Shown here piece after piece: positions 41,199 through 53,500 of a stretch of DNA of 64,000 bases (position 1 is its first letter; each line of letters begins with the position of its first letter). The translations under genes and the position numbers were made by a program. The notes below the pieces were generated by a model. The model searched no databases, was not told where the DNA came from, and saw nothing but the letters and a program-made list of their open reading frames with translations. Source of the stretch: an uncultured Verrucomicrobiae bacterium (GTDB taxonomy: Bacteria; Verrucomicrobiota; Verrucomicrobiia; Chthoniobacterales; UBA10450); the NCBI GenBank assembly GCA_963726745.1, contig CAVSDR010000006.1:1-64000 (forward strand), given 5' to 3'.

Positions 41199-43130
41199 CT
41201 AAACAATTCCGCTTGCGAGCAAATCGTGCTTCCCGCCCATGAGTTCCTGGGTGAGCTGGTAGCCACGCTGGTCCGCATTCTTCGAGGTGCCGGCGAAGTG
41301 CTGGTCGATCCGCGTTTTGGCCGAGGCGCAGAAGTAATTAGCCAGCGAGATGATTTCTGCGGCCGGCTTGCCCTGGTCGATCAAATGCTGCGCGTAGGAG
41401 CAGGTGGCGCTAATCGCAAAAATCTCCGTGGCCACGCCGACGAAGCGGGAAAGGAGAAGCTGTTCGCGATCGAGTTTCGGACCGAAGCGCATCATCGCGT
41501 GGAAGAGACCACGCGCGAGTTTCTTGCTCATGGTCGCGCCGTATTGGATATGCGGTCGCAGGTCCGCATGCAGCTTGCTCAGGTCGCCGGTTTTCGCGGG
41601 CGTGAACTGCTTCGGATACCAGCGCGAATAGAACGAGCCGCTGCCGAACATCGCCTTGATCCGCGTGGCCATCGGCACCTGCGTGTTGAAGATCGCGCCG
41701 CCGACCTTGAGGTGCGGATCGAGCGCTTCGCGCGCAATGAAGAGACGCATGATTTCGCTCGAGCCCTCGAAGATCATGTTGATGCGGCAATCGCGCAGGA
41801 AACGCTCGACCGCGATCGGTTCCTCGCCGCGACCGGCGAGCGATTGCGCGGTTTCGTAACCGCGGCCGCCGCGCACCTGCATCGCTTCGTCGGCGATCCG
41901 CCAGGTCATCTCCGTGGCCCACATTTTGCACATCGCGGTCTCGATGCGGAGGTCGCTCGATTTCCGGTCGACCAAAGCACTCGTTAGGAAAGTGATCGCC
42001 TCCATCGCGAAGGTGTAGCCGGCCATCTCCGCAACCTTGCCGGCGATCGCGGAATGCTTGCCGATCGGCGCGCCCCATTGCACGCGCTCGCTGGCCCACT
42101 TGCGGCAGATTTGCACAAGGCGCTTCGAGAGGCCGACGCAGGCCGCGGGAATCGTTAGCCGGCCGGTGTTCAAAGTCGTTAGGGCGACCTTCAAGCCCTG
42201 GCCTTCCTTCGCGATCAGATTCTCACGCGGGACGCGCACGTCGGTGAATTTGACGATGCCGTTATAGAGCGCGCGCAGCCCCATGAAGTGGCAGCGATAG
42301 GTGATCTCCACGCCCGGATAATCGATGTCGACGATGAAAGCGCTGATCTGTTTCCGCTCCTTGCCGTTGACCATCTTTGGCGGCGTCTTGGCCATGACCA
42401 CGAGCACGCCGGCCTTGATCAAGTTGGTGCACCACAGCTTCTCGCCATTGAGGATCCAAGCGGTGCCGTCTTCGCTCAGCTTCGCTTCCAGGCTCATGTT
42501 CGCCGGGTCGGAACCGGCGTTCATTTCGGTCAAAGCGAACGCGGAGATTTCCTTGCGCGCGACCCGCGGGAGATACTTCGCCTTCTGCTCTTCGGTTCCA
42601 AAAATCAGGAGCGGCTGCGGCACGCCGATCGACTGATGCGCGGAGACGAGCGCGGTCAGGTTCGCGTCCCAGCTGCCGAGCAGCATCGCCGCGCGGCCGT
42701 AGTTCACCTGCGAAAGGCCGAGGCCGCCGTATTGCTTCGGCACCTTGATCGCAAACGCGCCCATCGCGAAGAGCTCGTCGATGTTCTTCTGCGGGATCTC
42801 GCCGGTGCGATCGATCTCGTCCGCGTCGACGTTGTCGTGCAGGTATTGCTTCAGCTCCGCGAGGAACGCTTCGCCCGCCGACTTGTCTTCCGCGCTCTGC
42901 TCCGGCCACGGGAAGATGCGGTCGAAATCATAACGACCGATGAACAAGTTGCTGGCAAAACTGCCGCGTTCATCGAGCGGATCGCGCGAAGATTCCGCGA
43001 GGTCGAGCGCAGCGGCCTTCCCGGCCGACATCTTCGAGGTGTCAATCACCGGCGCGGCGGATTTCTCCACCGGCTGGGCGCTGGTCTCGGCTTTGATCTG
43101 TTCAGGTGGCGCTTCGAGCGGTGTCTTCAT
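41199..43130 (-). CDS. Long-chain-type acyl-CoA dehydrogenase
   Basis: SAHQSIG, FALTEMNAGSD, GEKLWCTN, GGRGYE, IFEGSSEI, C-terminal extension. Confidence 0.9.
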   Translation of the reverse strand: MKTPLEAPPEQIKAETSAQPVEKSAAPVIDTSKMSAGKAAALDLAESSRDPLDERGSFASNLFIGRYDFDRIFPWPEQSAEDKSAGEAFLAELKQYLHDNVDADEIDRTGEIPQKNIDELFAMGAFAIKVPKQYGGLGLSQVNYGRAAMLLGSWDANLTALVSAHQSIGVPQPLLIFGTEEQKAKYLPRVARKEISAFALTEMNAGSDPANMSLEAKLSEDGTAWILNGEKLWCTNLIKAGVLVVMAKTPPKMVNGKERKQISAFIVDIDYPGVEITYRCHFMGLRALYNGIVKFTDVRVPRENLIAKEGQGLKVALTTLNTGRLTIPAACVGLSKRLVQICRKWASERVQWGAPIGKHSAIAGKVAEMAGYTFAMEAITFLTSALVDRKSSDLRIETAMCKMWATEMTWRIADEAMQVRGGRGYETAQSLAGRGEEPIAVERFLRDCRINMIFEGSSEIMRLFIAREALDPHLKVGGAIFNTQVPMATRIKAMFGSGSFYSRWYPKQFTPAKTGDLSKLHADLRPHIQYGATMSKKLARGLFHAMMRFGPKLDREQLLLSRFVGVATEIFAISATCSYAQHLIDQGKPAAEIISLANYFCASAKTRIDQHFAGTSKNADQRGYQLTQELMGGKHDLLASGIV

Positions 43131-45172
43131 AAAATTTCGTTCCCTCCTGGGAGTGCTTCCGTAATAGATCGCACGGCGCGAACTTAGCACCTGCACGAGA
43201 ATGCAGCCCGTCCATTTCCGTCACGATCGTTTTGGGCCCGCGATGGTCCGCATACCGCAGCGGCCCGCCGCGGAAGGGCGCGAAGCCCGTCCCCATCATC
43301 ATTCCAAAATCGGCGTCGGCTGGCGTCGCGATGACTCTTTCCTCGAGGCAGCGCGCGGCTTCGTTGACCATCAGGAAAATGAGCCGGTCGGCTAAATTCT
43401 CCGCGGCGAAATTCTCGCCGGTGGCCTCGCGCCATTCCTCGAGCGCCTCGTTCGGCGCCTGGCTTTTGCCTTCGTATTTGTAGAAGCCCGAGCCGCTCTT
43501 CCGGCCGAGCATTTTCGCCTCCAGCATCTTCCGCAGGATCGGCGCGGCTTCGTCCCGCCGTCCGTAGGCTTTCTCGAGCGTGTCGGCAATGTCGACCGTA
43601 ATATCGACACCGATCTCGTCGATCAAACGCAGCGGGCCCATCGGCATGCCCCAGGCGACCAAAGCGCTGTCTATTTCCTCCGCGGAAACGCCGGCCTGGA
43701 AGAGCTCCGCCGCGTCGAGCAGATACGGGAAAAGGACGCGATTGACCAGGAAGCCGGGGCTGTCCTGCACCACCACCGGCAGCTTCCCGATCTGCCGGGC
43801 GAAGGCGAGCGCGCGCTCGGTCGTCTCCGGCTCGGTCTGCTGGCCGACGACGACCTCGATCAATTTCATGCGGCTGACGGGATTGAAAAAATGGAGGCCG
43901 ATGACGCTGCCGGGCCGGTCGGTCGTGGCCGCGAGCTCGCTGATCGGCAGCGCGGAGGTATTGGTCGCAAGGACGGCAGACGGACCGGTCTGCTTGGTCA
44001 AATTGGCGAAGATCTGTTTCTTGATCGCGAGCTTCTCGGAAGCCGCCTCGACCACCACCTGCACATCGCGCAAGCCATCCTGCACGGTCGAGGCGACAAT
44101 CCGCGCGCGCCCTTCCTTCGCCTTCTCGTCGCTCATCAGGCCACGCTTGACCGCGTCGCCGTAAGGTCTTCTCGATATTCTTCAGGCCGCGATCGAGCTG
44201 CTCCTCGGAGACATCGCGCAAGATCACCGAAACACCGCGTGCGCTGAGCCATTGGGCAATGCCTGAGCCCATGACGCCGGCGCCGATGACGGCCGCGTGC
44301 GCCACCTTTTCCGCGGGCGCCTTCGAGCTGCCTTTTTTGAAACGATCGCCGAGGAAGAAATTGCGGATGAGATTCTGCGTGGTCTCGGTTTCGCCGAGCT
44401 CGACGATCGCATCGAGCTCCATGCCTAACGACTCTTCCTCCGACTTGCCGGAGCGGATGATCTCGAGTGCGCGTTGCGGCGCGGCGTTGTGGTCCTGCTT
44501 CAGGCGGAAATCGCCGGAAGCTGCCGGCGGATTCGCGACGGGACGCTTGCCTTTCGCCAACATTTTCCGGGCGGCGTCGAGCAAGCCGTCGCGCGGCACC
44601 ACTTCATCCACCAAGCCGAGCCGCAACGCGTCCTCCGCGGTGTGTAATTTACCCTTCAAGATCACTTCCGCGGCCGCATCCACGCCGATCAAGCGCGGCA
44701 AACGGGTGGCTCCGCCCCAGGCCGGCACCAGGCCGAGCGTGGTCTCCGGCAAACCAATGCGTGTCGCGGGCTCACTCGTGGCGACGCGGTAATCGCACGC
44801 GAGCGTGATCTCGTAGCCGCCGCCGGCGCAGGCGCCGTGAATCGCGGCGACCGTCGGAACCTTGAGCGCGGCCAGGCGATTGAACTGTTTTTGCCCCTCG
44901 GCAATAAAGGCGCGCAGCTCGCCGGTTTGCGCCTGGCGCAAGAGCGTCTGCAGGTCGGCCCCGGCGATGAAAATCGACTTCTTCGCGGAGACGACGATTA
45001 CGCCTTTCAAGTTGCTGTCTGTTTCCAGCGCGTCGAGGTGCTCGCGCAAGCTCGCGATCGTCTTCGCGTCGAAGATATTCGCGCCGGATTCCGGCCGGTC
45101 GAAAGTCAGCAGGCAGATGCCGTCGTCGCCCATTTCGCGGCGGATCATCGAAGCAGTCTCAGTGGCGCTCAT
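43102..45172 (-). CDS. Fatty acid oxidation complex alpha subunit (enoyl-CoA hydratase/3-hydroxyacyl-CoA dehydrogenase); frameshift near 44160
   Basis: FIAGAD, GGGYE, GLPET, GAGVMGSG, TNTSAL, GLHFFNP, PGFLVNR. Confidence 0.9.
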
Positions 45173-45297
45173 CGCTGAGCACCTTGGCGAGATTCCCTGA
45201 GATTCCAAGTGCGAGCCGCGCACGCGCAGGCCCCGCGTTGCGCGGCCACATGCACGGTGATAGAACTCCCTGCCGCCGCCCGCGGCCGTGCGTTCCC

Positions 45298-46695
45298 ATG
45301 GTCGGCCGTTTACTCCAACCCGAAATCCAGAGCCTGATCGACGCGCGGAATTTCACCGCGCTGCGCGAGCTTTTCGAGGATTGGCCGCCGGCGGACGTGG
45401 CCGAGGTCATCCTCGACATGCCGGAGAGCGAGCAGGTGATCATCTTCCGCGTGCTCCCGCACGAGCTCGCAGCCGACGTCTTCGAGTATCTCGACGTGGA
45501 CGCGCAACAGCAGTTGCTCAAGGCGATGGCGCACGAGCAGGTCGTCGGAATTCTCAATGAGATGTCGCCGGACGATCGCACGGCGTTGCTCGAGGAAATG
45601 CCGAGTGCGGCCGCGCGGCAGCTCATTCGTTTGCTCACTCCGGACGAGCGCCGGATTGCAACCGCGCTGCTTGGTTATCCAGAGAGCAGCGTCGGTCGTC
45701 TGATGACGCCGGACTTCATCGCCGCGCATGATGACTGGAGCGTGCGCGAGGTGCTCGATTTCGTGCGCGAGCATGGGCAAGACTCCGAGACGCTGAACGT
45801 GATCTACGTGGTCGATGAGCGCGGGAAATTAATCGACGACCTGCGCATCCGCGAAATCCTGGTCAAGCCGCTGGATGCGAAAATGGCCGACATCCGCGAC
45901 CAGAATTTCGTCGCGCTGAATGTGAACGACTCGCAGGAGGACGCGCTGAATATTTTCCGGAAATACGATCGCACCGCGCTCCCGGTGGTCGACGGCACCG
46001 GGGTGCTCGTGGGCATCGTGACCACGGACGACATGCTCGACGTGGCCGAGGAAGAAGCCACCGAGGACATCCAGAAATTCGGCGGCATGGAAGCGCTGGA
46101 CGAGCCCTACATGCGCATTCCGCTCTGGAAGATGGTGCGCAAGCGGGCCGGATGGCTGGTGATTTTGTTCCTCGGCGAAATGCTCACCGCGACCGCGATG
46201 GCGAGCTACCAGGACGAGATCGCCAAGGCCGTCGTCCTGGCGCTGTTCCTTCCGCTGATCATCTCCAGCGGCGGCAACTCCGGCTCGCAGGCCTCGACCT
46301 TGATCATCCGCGCGATGGCCCTGGGGGAAGTGACGCTGAAAGATTGGTGGCGGGTGATGAGCCGGGAACTGCAGGCCGGACTCTCGTTAGGCGGCATCCT
46401 CGGGACGATCGGCGCGCTGCGCGTAGCCCTCTGGTCCTACGTGGGCGAGCATTATTTTCATCGCGAACTCTATGGCCAGCACTGGCCGCTGGTCGCGGCC
46501 ACGGTGGGCGTGTCGCTCGTGGGCGTGGTCCTCTGGGGCTCGCTCTCCGGCTCGATGTTACCGTTTGTTCTGCGCCGCGTGGGCGCGGACCCGGCCACGT
46601 CCTCGGCGCCGTTCGTGGCCACGCTGGTCGACGTGACCGGCTTGATCATCTACTTCTCGATCGCGCTCCTGATCATGCGCGGCGCGATGCTTTGA
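45298..46695 (+). CDS. mgtE: Magnesium transporter MgtE
   Basis: N domain, CBS pair, SSGGNSGSQ, ADPATSSAPFVATLVDVTG. Confidence 0.95.
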   Translation: MVGRLLQPEIQSLIDARNFTALRELFEDWPPADVAEVILDMPESEQVIIFRVLPHELAADVFEYLDVDAQQQLLKAMAHEQVVGILNEMSPDDRTALLEEMPSAAARQLIRLLTPDERRIATALLGYPESSVGRLMTPDFIAAHDDWSVREVLDFVREHGQDSETLNVIYVVDERGKLIDDLRIREILVKPLDAKMADIRDQNFVALNVNDSQEDALNIFRKYDRTALPVVDGTGVLVGIVTTDDMLDVAEEEATEDIQKFGGMEALDEPYMRIPLWKMVRKRAGWLVILFLGEMLTATAMASYQDEIAKAVVLALFLPLIISSGGNSGSQASTLIIRAMALGEVTLKDWWRVMSRELQAGLSLGGILGTIGALRVALWSYVGEHYFHRELYGQHWPLVAATVGVSLVGVVLWGSLSGSMLPFVLRRVGADPATSSAPFVATLVDVTGLIIYFSIALLIMRGAML

Positions 46696-46699
46696 GTCG

Positions 46700-47740
46700 T
46701 TAGACGGCGATCTCGACCCACTCGTTGCGCGCCCGCGAATCGGCCACCGCCTGGACCACGCGCATGTAAGCCACGCCTTCGTCGAACGACGGCGAGGGCC
46801 GCATCCGGCCACGCGATTTAACCGCGGCGACGAAATCATCCTCCACCTGCCACGTGCCTTCGAGCTCCGGCGGAATCTCGAGGTCATGCACATCGACGTC
46901 GCCGACTTTGCCCACGCGGATCCGATCCGTGCCGAACTCGTAAAACATGCTCCCATTCTCGCCGTAGACTTCCAGGCGGTCGCGCGTGCGGTGCGCATCC
47001 ACCCCGCTGAACTCGAGCACGCCTTCGGCGCCATTCTCGAAATCGCAGAGGATGTTGACCAGGTCCGGCACCTTGACCTCGTAGCCTTGGCGAAGCGTGT
47101 GGAGCGTTTTCGCGCGCGCGAAGACTCCGCGGATGTTCCCGAGCCAGCGCTGCACCACTTCCACGTAGATGCCGAGCGCGAGCACATTCAGCCCGCTGAT
47201 CTCGATCCGCTGCCGCCAATGCGCCGGCGCGTCGGCGTTCAAGTAGGCGCCGGTAACGCTGTGCAGGCGGACGCGCAGGATGCGACCGAGGTAATGCTCC
47301 GCGAGGAGCTTTTTGACGACAAGATCACCGCGCAGGCCAAACGGCGGCGGGCATAGCATGGTGACCAATTCCGGAAAACGCCGCGCGGTGGCGCGCATCT
47401 CCTCCGCCTCGGCGAGGTCCATCGCCATACGGGCCTGGCAGAAGACGTGTTTCCCAGCCTCGAGCGCCGAGACGGTGATCGCCGAGTGCATGTAAGGCGG
47501 GGTGCCGATCCAGACCACGTCGATCTCGGGAATGGCCAGGAGGTCGACCCAGTTTTGCAACGGGAGCGCCTCGGGCGCGTGCTCCTCGCAAAATTTCCGC
47601 GAGCTTTCGTAGGAGGAATTGGAGACGGCGACGATCTCGACCTCCGGGTGGCGCCGCAGGCCGGGGAGGTGCCGGCGGCGGACGATTTCCCCGGCGCCGA
47701 TGAATCCGACGCGTATTTTTTGATTGGTCCGTGGCGGCAT
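46700..47740 (-). CDS. Gfo/Idh/MocA family oxidoreductase
   Basis: RVGFIGAGEI, GKHVFCQARMA. Confidence 0.85.
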   Translation of the reverse strand: MPPRTNQKIRVGFIGAGEIVRRRHLPGLRRHPEVEIVAVSNSSYESSRKFCEEHAPEALPLQNWVDLLAIPEIDVVWIGTPPYMHSAITVSALEAGKHVFCQARMAMDLAEAEEMRATARRFPELVTMLCPPPFGLRGDLVVKKLLAEHYLGRILRVRLHSVTGAYLNADAPAHWRQRIEISGLNVLALGIYVEVVQRWLGNIRGVFARAKTLHTLRQGYEVKVPDLVNILCDFENGAEGVLEFSGVDAHRTRDRLEVYGENGSMFYEFGTDRIRVGKVGDVDVHDLEIPPELEGTWQVEDDFVAAVKSRGRMRPSPSFDEGVAYMRVVQAVADSRARNEWVEIAV

Positions 47741-47871
47741 TTTTTCTCCTCGTGCTGGCAGTGGCAGTCTGGCGGAGTTCACCGGGAGCGCAACCCGTCC
47801 AGGCGCGGAAGAATCACTTGACCGGCGGGAGTGAGCACGGCACCTTGCGCACTCTTTTTCCGGGAACAGTT

Positions 47872-48141
47872 ATGTCTAAAGTTTGCAGCATCACAGGATC
47901 GAAGGTCAGCCGTGGAAGTATCATTCATCGCCGCGGTATGGCGAAGAAGAAGGGCGGCGTGGGCCGTCACGTGACGAAGAACGTGCCCCGCACCTTCACC
48001 CCAAATCTGCATGAACACCGCGTTTGGGTGCCGGAATTGAAGAAGTTTGTCCGGGTCAAGGTGACCGCGCGCGCATTGAAGACGCTGAACAAGAACGGCG
48101 CCTACGCGACCCTGAAAAAAGCCGGCCTGATCGCGGCTTAG
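47872..48141 (+). CDS. rpmB: 50S ribosomal protein bL28
   Basis: MSKVCSITG...RTFTPNL...ARALKTLNKNG. Confidence 0.93.
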   Translation: MSKVCSITGSKVSRGSIIHRRGMAKKKGGVGRHVTKNVPRTFTPNLHEHRVWVPELKKFVRVKVTARALKTLNKNGAYATLKKAGLIAA

Positions 48142-48273
48142 CCGACAAGATCGCAGGCAAGGCCTGCGTCTGAGCGAGCGAGAAAGCTTTCCTTTACCCT
48201 CCCCCATGGCCGCGTCGCAGACTTGGCCGGTTGGAAAACGCCGAGGCTGCTGTCGGCTTAAAACAGCAAGCTT

Positions 48274-49954
48274 CTACGGAGCTTCTGGGGTTGGCTTTTC
48301 CTGCGGTTGCGAGTCTGGTTCTTGATCGTTCGACGGAGCCGCCTGAGGCGACACCCCAGCATGGGCAGCCGGAGCCGCGGGCGTTGCACTAGCCGGCGTC
48401 TCCGCAACGGCGGGTGCCTCCATCTCGCTCACGCTCTGCTCGATTGCGAGTCCGCCGACTTCGTCCACCGGCACCGGCGAAATGTCGGCTACATCTTCAG
48501 TCGGGGCGACGGCTGGCGCTTCCGCTTCCGGCGGCCGGCGCCTTCGCTTCCGGCTTCTTCATGGCTTCCGGTTTCCCGGCTGGAGCGGGCGCCTTTGCCC
48601 GCGGGAGGTCAAGCGTGCCGTCGTTGAATTCGATCACGTAACCTTCGCTCGCGAGCCAGCGCAGGTCGGAAGCCAGCGAAAGCTTCACGCGATCGATCTC
48701 CGACTGCTCCGTGATGCCTTCCACGAGTTGGTCGGCCAGCTGTTTGCGGGTCACGCCGCTGGTCGCCTGGAGCTTCTCCATGATCGCATTGATCGAGGCC
48801 GAGACACTCGCGCGTTCGTGGTCGAAGGCGCGGATGCGCACCGGCGAGACGAACAGCATTCCTTTGCGGTGGCGGAAAATATTCAGCCCCGCGCCGCGCA
48901 ATCCGCCGGCTAATTCCTGCATCATCTTCGAAGGCGACCGGACCTCGGCCGACCAGGCGTTCTCGATCACACGGCCAAGCCCGCGATCGGGCAGGCGCCG
49001 GCTAACGACGCCGCTGACCTTGAGCTCCGGCGCGCTCCGCAGGAGTTGCGGCAGATGCGTCTGGCGAAAATGCCGCTCGGCTTCCGCGAGATTGTGAAAG
49101 GTCGTGGGCGCCTCTTCCCCTTTGGTCGTGTAGGTGGTGATGCTGCGCGCCTGTTCCTTCCACTGCTCCACGACCGCAGGATCACTTACCACTTCGATCT
49201 GGCGCTGGAAATCCTGGAAGCTCATCCGCCGGCTGTAGCGCTGTTCGTAGAGCGAGCGCAATTGCGGCTGGTAGTTGTGGTGGTTCGTCGGGCCGAGCAG
49301 CGTGCCGCTCACGCGGTCGCGCGCGACATTGCTGAAGTTGCCCTTGATCGGCTCCGTCTGCGTCGTCTCAGTGTTGTAAAACTCGTCCTTTGCGTTCGCA
49401 AACGCGCTCCCTTCGAGAATGCGCGGATCCGCCGCCACCGCGCCACCCTCGCCGAGCTGGTGCAGGCTCACGCCTTCACCAGCGGTCAGCAGGACGTCGT
49501 AGCGCTCCGGCTTGTCGAGAAACATGCGCGCGAGCGCGAAGACCGAGTAAGTCACCGGCCCGGACTTGATCTGCGCGATCACGCTCTCGAAGGCGGCGGC
49601 ATGCGGGAGAAATTTGACGGCGACCTGCGGCAACGGCGCCGGTGCCTCGCGCGGCGGACGCTCCGGGCCGCGATGACGATCGTCCGGCCGGCTACCGGGA
49701 CCGCGATTGCCGCCGCCGGGACGCGCGGGCCGATCGCGCTGGTCGCGTTGATTCCGATCGCGCGAAGGTCCGCCGGGACGCGGACCGCGATTTCCACCGC
49801 CCGGGCGCGGACCGCGGCGCTCGCGGTCGCCGAAACCCGGGCGCTCCACCTCGCCCTCGTAGTTCGAGTAGTCGTTAGTCTGCGCGGGTTCGTTGACCCA
49901 GGCAGGCATCATTTTCAGGTCAAGCAGATCGGCAGGCGTAGTCGGCGCGGACAT
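48274..49954 (-). CDS. Hypothetical protein with R/G/P-rich N-terminus and acidic A/P-rich tail; frameshift near 48520
   Basis: 485-aa ORF with host-like codon use, continued by the 48274..48474 frame. Confidence 0.7.
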
Positions 49955-50123
49955 CCTTTCTCTCTTAGCCCAAGGCCACGTGAAGTAAACCGCTCCCTCC
50001 CAATAATCGGCGACGCCGCGCGCCGGAAATTAAATTGACAAGGGGTCGAATTCATTTACTTCCCACGTTGCCGGGACTGCTTTAACCCTCGGCCCCATTC
50101 CGCAGCGAAAAATAGATACTTTT

Positions 50124-50372
50124 ATGAGCGACAAACCGATCGAAGAGAAGGTCAAGGATATCATTGTTGAACAGCTGGGCGTGAACCCGGAACAGGTCAC
50201 CCCGCAGGCCTCCTTCATCGAGGATTTGGGCGCCGACTCTCTCGACATCGTCGAGCTGGTGATGGCTTTTGAAGAAGAATTTAACGTCGAAGTGCCGGAT
50301 GAAGATGCCGAGAAACTCCAGACCGTGGGCGACGTGGTGAAGTACATCGAAGAGAAACAGTCGAAGCAGTAA
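50124..50372 (+). CDS. acpP: Acyl carrier protein
   Basis: [20 protein letters not shown]. Confidence 0.97.
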   Translation: MSDKPIEEKVKDIIVEQLGVNPEQVTPQASFIEDLGADSLDIVELVMAFEEEFNVEVPDEDAEKLQTVGDVVKYIEEKQSKQ

Positions 50373-50416
50373 TCCCCAGGCGCTGGCCTTCCCCGGCCGC
50401 GCAGTTTTGGACCCAG

Positions 50417-50445
50417 AAAAACACGGCTTCGGCCGTGTTTTTTTT
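50417..50445 (+). terminator. Intrinsic terminator of acpP (potentially bidirectional)
   Basis: AAAAACACGGC-TTCG-GCCGTGTTTTTTTT. Confidence 0.9.
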
Positions 50446-50489
50446 GTTTCGGCGGTTGCCACCGCAATCAGCCCGCACAGAGTGACGCG

Positions 50490-51610
50490 ATGAATCCCGA
50501 GCTCCTGGAAAGCCCGATCTTCTGGGTGGGCTCGCGCTACGTTTCCACCTTGGGATTGATCGCCTTCGTCGCGATCTTTCTCGCCGGCATCATCCTCGCC
50601 CGCCTCTTGCAAAGCGAGGCGGTGCGCCGCCTCTTCAGCCGCTTCAAGCTTGAGAGCAATTTCATCGCGATCGTGACCACGATCCTGAGCTTCTCGGCGG
50701 TGATTTTCTGCACCATTACCGCGATCAATGCCGCCGGCATTCCCCTCGCCTGGGACGCGCCGCTGCCTGCAGTTAAGCTGAGCATCCTGCAACTGCTTCT
50801 CCTGGTGATTTTGCTGGTCGCGGTCTTCTGGCTTTCCTCCGGCACGAAGCGCTTCCTCTTTACCCGCCTGCTCGCGAACAGCGGCCTTAACCGTTCGCTC
50901 CAGTACGCCATCTCGCAAATCATCAGCAAGGTCGTCCTGGTCGTCGGAATTATCCTCGTGCTCGAGAACAGCGGGATTCATCTCGCGGCGCTCACGGTCT
51001 TTGCCGGCGCGGTTGGCGTCGGCATCGGCCTCGGTCTCCAGAATATAGCCAGCAACTTCATCAGCGGGATCGTCATCCTCGCCGAGCGTCCGATCAGCAT
51101 CGGCGATCGCGTGGAAGTCGAAGGCGTCGCGGGACAGGTGCTGCACATCCGCGCGCGCAGCACCGTCATCGTGACGAACGACAACATCTCCATGATCGTG
51201 CCGAACCAGAAGTTCATCGACTCGACCGTGACCAACTGGACCTACGGCGATCCGCGGGTGCGCTTCCGCATTCCCGTGGGCGTGGCCTACGGCAGCGACA
51301 CCGAGAAGGTGAAAGCAGGCGTCTCATCGCCGCCGGCGCGGAACATCCCATGACCTTGAAGGAGCCCGCACCGACGGTCTTTTTCGACAAGTTTGGCGAC
51401 AGCTCGTTAGACTTTGAACTCGTTGTCTGGTGCGCCGAGATGAGCCACCGTCCGCGCCGCTTCCGCAGCGACTTGAACTTCGCGATCGAGCGGAAACTGC
51501 GCGAGGCCGGGATCGAGATCCCCTTCCCGCAGCGCGACCTCCATTTCCGCAGCGGCGAAGTGCGCGTGCTCCAGGGCGAAGCCAAAACGCCTGCGCCCGG
51601 CCAGACGTAG
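50490..51610 (+). CDS. mscS: MscS-family mechanosensitive channel; frameshift near 51320
   Basis: GIGLGLQNIASNFISG, IVPNQ, GVAYGSD, FGDSSLDF, IEIPFPQRDLH. Confidence 0.88.
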
Positions 51611-51613
51611 CGC

Positions 51614-52765
51614 GTGGAAATTTCCTTCGACGGCGGCTGCGCCCAACTCGTTAGGCTGCCGGAGCTGCAGGCCATTCCGGAATGGCGCGAAGTCTTCGCG
51701 GCCAACGCAAGGATCCGCGCTTCTACGAAATCGTCGACCAAACGCTCGCGTCCGGTTTCGAGCATCATTACCTCATCCTGCGCGACGACACCGGCCGCGT
51801 CCGCGGCGTGCAGCCGTTGTTTTTCGTTCAGCAAAATCTGGTCGAGGGCGTGCCGGCTCTTTTCGGCGCGGTCCATTTCCTGCGCCGCTTGTTTCCGCGC
51901 TTCCTGACTCATGCGCGTGCTCATGGTCGGCAACGCCGCGGGCGATGGCCACCCGGGAAATAGCCAGTCAGATGACGAGGCCTGGGTCGCGCGCGCGCTC
52001 GGCGCAACGCTCGTCCCGATCGCGCGCCGGCACCGCGCTTCCTTGATCGTCTTCAAGGATTGGAACAGCGCCTGGCGCAAGGCCATGCGCCCGCTGCTCG
52101 ACGCCGCTTTTACCCGCGTGCCGAGCATGCCGATGACGCAGCTCGCGCTCAGCCGCTACCGCGATTTTGACAGCTACTTCAACAGCCTAAGTAAAGCGAC
52201 GCGGAAGGATCTGCGGCGGAAATTTCGCCGCATGGAAAAAGCGCCCGCAGTCGAGCTGGAAGTTTTATCCGACATCACGCCGCTGGTTGACCAGGTCTAT
52301 CCGCTTTACCTCCAGGTGCAGGCGCGCTCGAAGATGAAATTCGAGACCCTCACGAAAGCTTACCTTTGCGAATTGGGCCGGCGGATGCCGGAACGCGCGC
52401 GCTTTTTCGTCTGGCGAAGCGAAGGGCGCATCGTCGCTTTCAGCGTCGCGCTGGTGCATGGCGGCACGATCTACGACGACTACCTCGGGCTCGATTATCG
52501 GGTCGCGCTCGAGCGGCATCTCTACTTCCTCACCTTCCGCGACATCCTCCGCTGGTCGCTCGAGCAAGGTCTCACGCGCTACCTCAGCAGCCCGCTGAAC
52601 TATGAGCCAAAGCTCCGCCTCGGCTGCGATCTGCTCCCGCTCGATCTCTACGTGCGGCACACCTCGCCGTTGCTTAACCAACTCTTCGAGAAAATCCTCC
52701 CGTTGCTCGAGCCCACGCGCCACGATCCCGTGCTCCACCGCTTCCCAAATGCCGACGAACTCTAA
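51614..52765 (+). CDS. GNAT/FemAB-like acyltransferase; frameshifts near 51705 and 51905
   Basis: FDSYFNSLSKATRKDLRRK, YLGLDY, NYEPKLRLG. Confidence 0.75.
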
Positions 52766-53159
52766 GCCGCGCGGCTGGCGCAATCCCTGGGTGCAGGTCG
52801 CCGTCAGCACTTTGTGCGTGACCGTCTCTGAGCTCTTCCAAAAGCGCGGGGCCGACGCCACGATCCACCTTTCGCCCGCGTGGGGCTGGACCGGCCTAAC
52901 GACTCTGGCCTCGCCGCTTGTCTGGCTCGGAATGCTCTTCACCATCCTCAGCTTTCTCACCTGGCTTTACGCGCTGAAATACCTCCCGCTCTCGGTCGCC
53001 TTTCCGGCTTCGCAGGCGGTCCACGTGCTCATCCCGATCAGCAGCTGGCTTGTCCTTGGCGAAATGATCACGCCGCTCCGCTGGGCCGGGATCACGCTGG
53101 TGCTTCTCGGGCTCGCGCTGGTCGCGCGCCCGGTCGCGGAGTTGGAGGAAAAACTGTGA
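52749..53159 (+). CDS. Small EamA/SMR-type membrane protein (ArnE/F-like)
   Basis: Four TM helices; WLYALKYLPLSVAFP, LGEMITPLRWAG. Confidence 0.8.
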   Translation: MPTNSKPRGWRNPWVQVAVSTLCVTVSELFQKRGADATIHLSPAWGWTGLTTLASPLVWLGMLFTILSFLTWLYALKYLPLSVAFPASQAVHVLIPISSWLVLGEMITPLRWAGITLVLLGLALVARPVAELEEKL

Positions 53160-53500
53160 CGCCTTTCATCCTTCTGCTCATCGTCATCTCGCTGGCTACT
53201 TTTGTGGCCGGCCAGCTTTTGCTGAAGCATGCGATGGAATCTTCCACTGCGGGCGAGTCCGGGCGCCGCACCTTCCGCGTCTACCTCTTCGCCGGCACCG
53301 CGACGATGGCGATCTCATATTTCCTTAACCTCGGCCTGCTCCAGCAGCTCGACTTAAGCTACCTTTACCCGTTCCAAGGCCTGAGCGTGATCTTCATCAG
53401 CGCCGCCGCCGCGATCATCCTGCGCGAAAAGCTCACGCCGCGCCTGATCTTTGGTTCGCTCCTGATCACCGCCGGCGTGGTCCTGGTCTCAATCAGCTAA
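53156..53500 (+). CDS. Small EamA/SMR-type membrane protein (partner subunit)
   Basis: GTG overlapping previous stop; GQLLLK, LDLSYLYPF, LREKL. Confidence 0.8.
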   Translation: MTPFILLLIVISLATFVAGQLLLKHAMESSTAGESGRRTFRVYLFAGTATMAISYFLNLGLLQQLDLSYLYPFQGLSVIFISAAAAIILREKLTPRLIFGSLLITAGVVLVSIS